Source: Octopus bimaculoides
Lineage: Eukaryota
DNA length: 32,587 bases
Direction of reading: 5' to 3'
Assembly: GCF_001194135.2 (NCBI RefSeq)
Contig: NC_068984.1
Location: 90,212,516 to 90,245,102, forward strand
Under the pieces are notes generated by a model that was not told the DNA's origin, searched no databases, and was given only the letters and a program-made list of their open reading frames with translations. The position numbers were made by a program, and so were the translations under genes. Positions within the stretch are counted from its first letter, which is position 1. Every line of letters begins with the position of its first letter. Shown here piece after piece: positions 24,620-32,587 of the stretch.

Positions 24620-24940
24620 ATGTAGATAAGAAGTTTTCTTCCCAACCACATGCTTCCTGGTCCAGTCCACGTAGTACCAGGGGCAAGTATCTTCAACTAT
24701 AGCCTCGGGCCGACCAAAGACTTGTGACTGAATTTGGTAGACGGAAACTGAAGACCCGTTATATATAAATATATATGTGTGTATGGTTGCGTGTGTGTGA
24801 GTGCGCGCGCGCACGTATGTGTGTGTGTATGTGTGTGAGACCACCGCTTGACAACTGGTTATGGTATATTTATTGCCCCCGTATCATAGCGGTTCGACCA
24901 AGAGAACGATATAATTGTACCGGATTTTAAAATAAGTACT
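24620..24940 (+). mobile_element. tRNA-derived SINE, family A, sense orientation, slightly truncated at both ends
   Basis: AAGAAGTTTTCTTCCCAACCACATG...GGCAAGTATCTTCAACTATAGCCTCGGGCCGACCAAAG...internal (GT)n...CCACCGCTTGACAAC...AATAAGTACT. Reverse complement of the other family A copies. Confidence 0.88.
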
Positions 24941-25449
24941 CCATCTCTCTGCTTTTGTGTATCTGTGTTTCTTTTGTTTATCTGCTTTTCATCGACAGCT
25001 ACACTGATTGAACTTCCCTTTCTTTTTGCTTCTATTCTTTCTATTTTCGCCTTAGTGTTATTTTCACGCCCAAGTAAAAAAAAAAAAACTGTTTTACATG
25101 CCATGATCGGTTTTCGTCTCTATGATGTTTATAGTTATCATCTTGTTATGTAATAGTTTCATCTGTAATAGCTAGTTAAGGCTATCGGCACCGCAAAACA
25201 GAGTGATCTCGTCAAGTATTAGAAATTACAGTGAAGTTTGATTGGACTGAAAAAGACGGATTTTATCCTCTGTTCATTAAGTCTATTTGTTTATGATTAT
25301 ATTTCCTTTACCCCCACCTCCCACCTTTTTTCTGAGTTCTTTTTGAAAGACATTCTACATTCCTTGTTTTCGTTTCGTCTTGTTCCTCGTTAGTCATTGT
25401 CCTGTTCTCTAAATTTTATGACTTCGTCGTTTAACTTTTATTTATTTTA

Positions 25450-25640
25450 CTCATTAAACTGTGGCCATTCTGAGGCACCACTTTCAAAGGCTTAATCGAA
25501 CGAATCGACCGAATATATTTTTTTCTAAGCCTAGCGCTTACTCTATCTTTTTCCCCGAACCGTTAAGTTACGGTGACGTCAACAAACCTTCACAGTTTGT
25601 CAAGCAGTGGTACGATATAAAAACACACACGCACACATAT
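25450..25640 (-). mobile_element. Family A SINE, 3'-half fragment
   Basis: GGCCATTCTGAGGCACCAC...GAACCGTTAAGTTACGGTGACGT...TGTCAAGCAGTGG, collinear with 25646-25860. Confidence 0.75.
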
Positions 25641-25645
25641 ATCTT

Positions 25646-26021
25646 CTTTTACTGTCTTTTGCTTGTTTCTGTCATTGGATTGAGGCCATGCTGGGTGACC
25701 GCCTTTAATTTAGTCGAACGAATAGACCCCAGGACTAACTTTTTTAAGTCTGGTACTTATTTTATCATTCTCTTTTGCCGAATCGCTAGTTTACCGGGAC
25801 GTGAACACACTAAAACCAGCTGTCAAGCACTGGTGGGGGACAAGAAGACACACATACGCAAACACACACGCACACACATATACATGACGGGTTTCTTTCA
25901 GTTTCCATCTACCAAATACATTCACATGGCTTTGGTCGGCCCGTGGCTATAGTAGGAGATAGTTACCCACGGTTCCACGCACTGGGACTGAACCCAGAAC
26001 TATATGGTTGGGAAGCCACGC
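25646..26021 (-). mobile_element. tRNA-derived SINE, family A, near full length
   Basis: Includes GGCCATGCTGG, CTGGTACTTAT, internal (CA)n, TTTGGTCGGCCCG and GGGACTGAACCCAG (B-box on the minus strand). Confidence 0.9.
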
Positions 26022-26075
26022 CTCATTGCGCTATTTTCTTCTCATATATGTGCGCGTGTATGCATGCATATCCTC

Positions 26076-26110
26076 ATCTCTCTCACTTTCTCTTTCTCTT
26101 TCTTTCTCTG

Positions 26111-26147
<37 letters not shown>

Positions 26148-26188
26148 ACACTCATCACATCACCTCTTTTCTTTATCTCTTCCTTCTG

Positions 26189-26239
<51 letters not shown>

Positions 26240-26285
26240 TCTCTCTCTCCCTCTCTCTCACTCTCTCTCTCTCTCTCCCTCTCTT
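26076..26285. repeat. (CT)n microsatellite
   Basis: Read directly; source of the LSLSLS ORFs. Confidence 0.97.
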
Positions 26286-26352
26286 CCACTTCAAATATTT
26301 CCTTAAATATCATTCACGTAAGTATTTCTGAAGCATAAATTGGACACTAATA

Positions 26353-26567
26353 TTGGTTACAAATTTTGGCATAACACCAGCAGTGTTTGTGATGGGACCA
26401 AGCCGATTGCATCGACCCCAGTACTCAACTGGTACTTATTTTATCGACCCCGAAAGGATGAAAGGTAAACTCCACCACGGTGGAAATTGAACATAGAACG
26501 TAGCGACGGACGAAATGACGCTAAGCATCTTGCTCGGCGTTCTAACGATTCTGCCAGCTCACCGCAT
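26353..26567 (-). mobile_element. tRNA-derived SINE, family B, with 14-bp target-site duplication
   Basis: Minus strand GCGGTGAGCTGGCAGAATCGTTAGAACGCCG..., homologous to 15234-15447. Flanked by ATTGGACACTAATA at 26339-26352 and 26568-26581. Confidence 0.92.
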
Positions 26568-26867
26568 ATTGGACACTAATACCTGGTTCTGGATCAGCTC
26601 TGATGGAGCAGACTTGTAATGAAACATTGTTATAGCCGTGATTATTTCTTTTCGTTATGGTCAGGTAATCCAGGAGCACATTATCCAACATTTTCTCTTT
26701 TTATACAACAGGATACAGCTTTCACATGATGCGTCAACTTACTAGAAATAGTAACTATATATCCCTCAAAATATATTCTACTCCTGCAATTTTTATGTCA
26801 ATGCTGAAGGTGGAAAACCGTCTGTATTTCGAGCAACGCCTGATATCCTGGTAGCTATTACTTTAAC

Positions 26868-26869
<2 letters not shown>

Positions 26870-26920
<51 letters not shown>
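26870..26920. repeat. (GT)n microsatellite
   Basis: Read directly. Confidence 0.97.
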
Positions 26921-26921
<1 letters not shown>

Positions 26922-27438
26922 ATAGAGGCAGAAACATGTTAACGTTTGACGTTGCTCTTTTTTATAATATAGGTGTAGAACGGGAAAAAGAGGAAAGGCA
27001 AGGAAAAGTCGAAAATGTATTTTTGCGTTTCTATTAAATAACAATAAATATATAAGCGGATATTGAATTGGTTTTTTTTTTTGTTGGATAAATAAATTGT
27101 GTATTTAAAACATTGCAAGAGAAAATATGAATATGTAATATTGATCAACTTCTAATATTTTTTATTGCCATTGTTGTGTCGACGCCCAGTCGAGGAAGTA
27201 GGCTAGCCCAATACGTAGATATAGAGGGAGAAGTCTAGACGTCGGAGTAGTTGAGTAGAGTTCTTCAGAATTTGCGTTGGTGATTTCGAGTTAAGTTGTG
27301 TTTGAGAGCGGAGATGCCGTGAGTTGAATTGTTGTTGAAAATTGTTATTGCAAATTGTTATTGAAAATTGTTGAAGTTCTTGCCTGTTATTAATTTTTGT
27401 TGAACATTCGTGAATTGTTTTTATACCCAGTGTTGGGT

Positions 27439-28676
27439 ATGCAGACTGCTAGCTACGCGGCGGCGGCGGGCAAAAGCCTGTCAGCCGACGCAATGCAGCT
27501 AAAGGAAATTAGAATAGATAAAAATTAAGGACGAAACAACATTTCACGCGAGAGGCAAGAAATACGGTACAGTGGTGGTGCGTTTCAAGAGTGAAGAAGA
27601 GGCGAAGAGGTACTCCACTGTACCTCTGAGAACAGATAAGTGGGCACTGTTGCCTGTATACTGTGGCAGAAGAGCAGCAAGGATAAGGATAGGAAAAATA
27701 CTCCCCGAGATAGATGAAGAATGGTTAGTAGCAGCAGTAATTTTTAATTGCAAGGAGGAGGTGGAAATTGCGAAAGTGGAAAAATCAAAGGAGATCAACT
27801 GGTGGGGTTTTGGGTTTAAAGTTTTAACCCATATAACCCTACCAGATCTGCACAACATTGCGGAGGAGTTGGTACTCTCCGATGACACCCGTGTGCTATA
27901 AATGCAGAAGTAGGGGACACATGCAGGCGAAGTGTCCCCTAAGAGAATTGGATATAGAAGAGTTACAGGTTGTAGAGGTGCATAAAGACGTTATGAGAGA
28001 GGAAGATGAAGAAAAAGACGAAAAGAAAGAAGAAAAAGACGAAGTGAAAGAAGAAAAAGACGAAGAGAAAGAAGAAAAAGACGAAGAGAAAGAAGAAAAT
28101 GACGAAGAGAAAGAAGAAAAAGACGAAGAGAAAGAAGAAAAAGATGAAGATAAAGAAGATAAAGAGGAAGAGATAATGGAAGTCGCAGCAGACAGAAAAA
28201 GAGCTCGGGTGGAATCGCCACCAAAAACACCAAAAAAGAAGAAAGGAAAAAAGAAGATAGTAGATGAAATAGAAGATACAGAGATTAGAACTCAAGAAGC
28301 GGTGCAAGTAACGAGTGAAGTAATTCAAGCTGAAAGGAAGGAAAAAACGAATGAGTGGGTAGATAAAGTGCTAGAACGTATGAAATATAGTGAAAATGTA
28401 GAAAGACCTAAGGGACAGAATTTGAGAAGGCTGGTGTTCTATGATAAAGGAACGGAGATAGAAAAAAGATTAGCGAAGATGAAAGGACTGGTGAGAGAAA
28501 AACCGGGTAAAGATATGTTCAGACTTTCTTTCTCCATCAATACGATGGAGAAAGAAAGGATGGAAAGATTGAGAGAGGCGTTTCCGGACAATGTTAGAAA
28601 GTCGGAAACATATGCGTTACGAAAGTCTACCCAATGTGGTAGATTGGGATTATCTAATGGAATTCATAACGGATGA
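27439..28676 (+). pseudogene. Gag-like ORF1 with CCHC zinc knuckle, at least two frameshifts
   Basis: ATG 27439 MQTASYAAAAGK (an SYAxAA start typical of non-LTR ORF1). A frameshift leads into ...KYGTVVVRFKSEEEAKRYST (ORF 27572..27901); a second shift leads into PVCYKCRSRGHMQAKCP (CX2CX4HX4C; ORF 27858..28676), an E/K-rich tract and a basic PKKKKGKKK patch. Confidence 0.8.
28008..28154 (+). repeat. 21-bp minisatellite, 7 copies, encoding EEKDEEK-like heptads
   Basis: Unit GAAGAAAAAGACGAAGAGAAA with single-base variants, in frame within ORF 27858..28676. Confidence 0.93.
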
Positions 28677-29405
28677 AATTTTTTAAGATTAAAAGATTGT
28701 ATACAAGAACAGAGAAATGGAGCTGCGAGCTTTGGGGGCTCGTAAGCCATTCCATTTTTCCATTATAAATACTTCATTTTTCATCATGTTATATATACAC
28801 CACGTTTGTGTTGTCTGTCCTTGTAGTGTCCATTCTTTGTTCAGGCTATATGCCTATAATAAAGATTCATAGTTGAGTAGAGGTCATCCGAACGTGCGAT
28901 ATAACAGTCATCCCATTCCTAGGTGGAGTGAATTCAGCTTTTAACAATTATGTTCATTTATAGCATAACTTAGAAACTTTCTGTTTGAATCATACACGCC
29001 AGTTAAGCAAATAACTATAAAGAATGTCTTAAACCATTCTATTCATCCTCAGTTTCTAAAAAAACAATTAATAGATCTAATAGTTTATACAATATATTTT
29101 CAAACTTATATTTAAATTAATATATATGTTCACAGAAGAATGAGCAAAAAAATCGTTTCTATCATATATTTTAAAATGGATGCAATTTCAAAATTCCGGA
29201 ACATCCACGATGTTCCCAAATCTATCCGCTTCCAATGCACCAGCTTACCAGTACCCACCACTTTGCAGGTACACATGCCAACCTCGAAACTCTTTCCGGT
29301 TGCTTCAAACCAACATCACAATTCCTAACAACGTCCTTTCAATTACCACAACACACTATGCCCCAGAGCTTGAGTCTATTATATTCGTACATAAATCCAT
29401 TCTTA

Positions 29406-29420
29406 TAGATAGATAGATAA

Positions 29421-29465
<45 letters not shown>

Positions 29466-29565
29466 GACAGTCAGAAATAGAGACAGTCAGAAATACAGGC
29501 AGGCAGGTAGAGAGGCACACAGTCGGGCAAACAGGCAGGCAGGCAAGCAGTGGAGACAGACAGAC

Positions 29566-29610
<45 letters not shown>
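29406..29610. repeat. Two (GATA)n tracts separated by (CAGG)/(CAGA) repeats
   Basis: Read directly. Confidence 0.93.
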
Positions 29611-29611
<1 letters not shown>

Positions 29612-29624
29612 GTGTATGTATGTA

Positions 29625-30507
29625 CGTGGTCTGATCAAGAAGTAGCTGGACTGTTACCATAGTAACGAAGCTAAAGCACACAGAGTGACGCCGCTTGGCA
29701 CAGATTAACCTTGAACTTTGCTGTACATGTGCACTAAGGTTTAACGTTCTGGCTCATTTTTGCTGTTTACAACGGTGCTTGGAAGGAACGTGTGTAGCGT
29801 GTGATCGTCGCATTGACCATGACAGAGAAAGTTGAGCAGAGAAACTGTATCAAATTTTGCCAAAAGCTTGGTGAAACCTACTCAGAGGCTTACGCAAAGT
29901 TCTCAAGATAAGTTTTCGTCGCTGTCCATACAACCAAGGTAATCTTGTGCAACTGAAACCCGAGTATCACTTTAGTCAGCTGAAAGCAGTTTTGGCACAA
30001 ACTTGACAGACCCAAAATCTTCAGTGATAATGGACTGAACTGAATCGTAACTAATCTGCACATCCTCTAATAACTCACGGCCGGTGATTTGACGGTTATT
30101 CCTCACAGCTGCACACACATTTGCGATTTTTCTCACGTCTGCTGGTTGCGGGGTCTCCCAAAATGTTCGTCAATATCGACATTTTTCGGCCATCTTGGAA
30201 ACCTCTAAACCACTTGTATATTTGTGTGCGGATCATACACGCCTTTCCATACACTTTCTGCAACTTTGCGTAGGGCTCTGACCAGGTATCGCCTTGACAA
30301 CTTTCTCTGTTTTGGTCAATGCGACGATCACAAGCTACTCACCTTCCTTCAAAGCATTGTTATAAACAGCGGAAGTGAGCTAGAACGTTAAAACTTAGTG
30401 CGCATGCACAGCAGATTTGGAGGTTAATCTGTGTCTAGTAGCTTCACTCTGCGTGCTTTAGCTTCGTTACTATAGCAACAGTCCGTACACTTATTGATCA
30501 GACGTCG
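29625..30507. mobile_element. Non-autonomous mariner derivative (883 bp) with long inverted arms and TA flanks
   Basis: Ends CGTGGTCTGATCAAGAAGT... and (reverse complement) CGACGTCTGATCAATAAGT..., flanked by TA at 29623-29624 and 30508-30509. Plus strand ATG 29819 gives MTEKVEQRNCIKFCQKLGETYSEAY. Minus strand gives ...QIYKWFRGFQDGR...GRP...ITGRELLEDVQIS...KFVPKLLS...DEN (mariner HTH motifs and the WVPHEL-equivalent linker). No DD34D catalytic domain. Confidence 0.9.
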
Positions 30508-30552
30508 TATGTATGTATGTATGTATGTATGTATACATGATATGTATGTATG
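30508..30552. repeat. (TATG)n microsatellite
   Basis: Read directly; the mariner derivative sits in a TA of a TATG tract. Confidence 0.93.
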
Positions 30553-30630
30553 TAGAAGAAAATGTAGGGATAAGCAAGTTGGACAGATCAATATATAAAA
30601 TATATTAAATACAGGAAATACAAAGAATGT

Positions 30631-30983
30631 ATATTGTTTTATTACGGGATCGTCATTTTTTTTTTTTTTTTGCCAAATAAACACATGCACTACATATTTG
30701 TTCTTCACTCGTTTATTACTGTTTTTTTTTAATTTTAAGTCATGTCCGTTGTCTGAAAATCTTTCATCAAACATCTGTGAGCTCTTCAGCGACACTTTTC
30801 GTTTTCGTGTGTGCTCTTGCTCCACTTACTCCATTCTGTTCTTCTAGGATGTGTACCCTTATGTGCGCATGCATTTGCGCCTGTTTTGTGTTTGTGTGTG
30901 CATGTCTGTGTGTTTGTGTGCATGTCTGTGTGTTTATTTGGCAAAAAAAAAAGAACCATGACCGTCCCGAAACACAACAATAT
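30631..30983. repeat. Imperfect inverted repeat (~60-65 bp arms, ~230 bp spacer)
   Basis: 30631-30690 (ATATTGTTTT...CGGGATCGTCAT-Tn-GCCAAATAAACACATGCAC) matches the reverse complement of 30918-30983. The opposite-strand ORFs share VFIWQKKK. Confidence 0.75.
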
Positions 30984-31124
30984 CTGTTTCAACTCACCAT
31001 TTCACATCAGGAATCTTGCAACACAGATTGATAATGAATGTATATATGCATACATGTAAAAAGGTCGGACTAAGCGTTGTCTATCTGTAGAATATCTGAA
31101 TCTCATCTTTGAACTATAAATATG

Positions 31125-31126
31125 TA

Positions 31127-31162
<36 letters not shown>

Positions 31163-31165
31163 TGT
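31125..31165. repeat. (TA)(TATG)n microsatellite
   Basis: Read directly. Confidence 0.93.
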
Positions 31166-32280
31166 AGAGAGAGTTGATATGTTAGTCTTGCTGACTATGG
31201 AGTGCACCCGAGGAAAGTATAAAGAACAGCTTCCGGAACTACCGATAAAGTGCAGTCTTTGACCAGCAGCGTCAGCTGCAAATATGTGTGCATGTGTGTG
31301 TAATGCATATCATTAACTGAAAATTGTCTGGTGGATAGTGTTCCTGCTGGTATGATAATTATGAAAGTATTGATTGATGTCACCATCTTCTAACTTCTCA
31401 GACTATTATATCACAGTAACAAAAGTGGAAAATAATCAAAATATATTATATATTGTTTTATGTCGATGGCTACAATCTGATTACAAATTGCATCAGTTTG
31501 TAATGTCGCTTTCATATGTTCAGAGTCGATGAACTGATTATTGATATTATACTGGTGTCAATTACAGCGGCTAAACTTCCGTACTTACTAATTTACATTA
31601 CGCAACAACAATAGATATTCTTATGGATGTGAACTAATCTTTATCATTAATCCTAAATTTTTGATATTATCATTATATTTGATTGTATGGTGGACAGAAG
31701 ACATTGCTGGTTGATTAAAGAAGACTACACTCAATGCTTATAATTGCTTTCCTTCCAGAAAAGTTTGATATTCATCAAATCTTCCATTGTTATTATACTC
31801 TAACAAGTGTAAGTTTTCACACAAAACAAATCGCTGCTGCACAACTGTTTGGGGGCGCTCCACAAACCTTTTCTCTGATAATACATTTTGTGACCATTAA
31901 CATATTCGCTTCGCTTACTTTTCAGACAGATTGTTTTTGTTTTGTTTGATTTTTTTGGGTTTTTTTTCTTTTTATTAAGTATATTTGATCATCCTCGAAC
32001 AATTTTTATGGTGTCTCTTTTATGAACTTAAATGTCTTATGGAAATTCGAAACCCATTAGTGATTTCCTAAGGGAGCCAACAATTCAAAATGCACGAGTA
32101 AATTGAATGTCTGATGGTATTTCTGATAAGTGTTGTGCATTTGTTTTCAATATTTCACACCTATCTGAGTCTCATTTTGTTTCTTCACCCAATAATATTA
32201 TTACTTAGGAAATAGAACTATTGATTCCTTCCTCTTAAGCTTATAGCAAACCATTTTATAAGTTGTAGTCTTATATACAT

Positions 32281-32587
32281 TTGTTGTTGGCACTCCGTCG
32301 CTTACGACGTCGAGGGTTCCAGTTGATCCAATCAACGGAACAACCTGCTCGCAAAATTAACATGCAAGTGGCTGAGCACTCCACAGACACGTGTACCCTT
32401 AACGTAGTTCTCGGGGATATTCAGCGCGACAAAGTGTGACAAGGCTGACCCTTTGAATTACAGGCACAACAGAAACAGGAAGTAAGAGTGAGAGAAAGTT
32501 GTGGTGAAAGAGTACAGCAGGGTTCGCCACCATCCCCTACCGGAGCCTCGTGGAGCTTTAGGTGTTTTCGCTCAATAAACACTCACA
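32281..32587 (-). mobile_element. SINE-like repeat, family C, 3' part (head lies beyond the window end)
   Basis: GC-richer block whose minus strand ends ...GACGTCGTAAGCGACGGAGTGCCAACAACAA, with a short (AAC) tail. I recognise it from memory as a common octopus SINE body; the tRNA head is not visible here. Confidence 0.65.

Larger units (their letters stand above)
27261..28869 (+). mobile_element. ORF1-only non-LTR retroelement (HAL1-like, Tx1/L1-type ORF1) bounded by 13-bp direct repeats
   Basis: TAGTTGAGTAGAG at 27248-27260 and 28870-28882. A 5' UTR, a disrupted ORF1, ~190 bp of 3' sequence and AATAAA at 28858-28863. No endonuclease or RT sequence. Confidence 0.65.

Noticed and set aside
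28008-28154. Regular repeat array considered as CRISPR-like
   Set aside because: Contiguous coding minisatellite with no spacers, no cas genes, and a eukaryotic context.
27963-28328. Phe/Leu-rich minus-strand ORFs
   Set aside because: Antisense shadow of the GAA-rich 21-bp array.

Overview
AT-rich, microsatellite-dense eukaryotic non-coding DNA (intronic or intergenic). It is most likely from an octopus; this is inferred from my recollection of the tRNA-SINE families and the repeat landscape, not from a database search. No host gene can be firmly supported, and nearly all ORF-track entries are microsatellite read-throughs or transposon fragments. Bases 200-7236 hold four decayed R4/Dong-type (RLE) non-LTR retrotransposon copies packed around (TAA)n tracts. 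Bases 7233-9880 hold a decayed, 5'-truncated Tx1/L1-type ORF2 lying tail-to-tail with the last R4 copy. Eight copies of three tRNA-derived SINE families are scattered through the window. The most interesting structures are (i) several type I hammerhead-ribozyme-like motifs of the minimal Penelope/retrozyme style, one with all core nucleotides intact (17782-17865, minus strand); (ii) an ORF1-only (HAL1-like) zinc-knuckle element with a 13-bp direct repeat, possibly nested in a ~113-bp TGTT...AACA element; (iii) an 883-bp mariner derivative built from two inverted 5' ends; (iv) a perfect 27-bp-arm hairpin inside an otherwise heavily decayed element.
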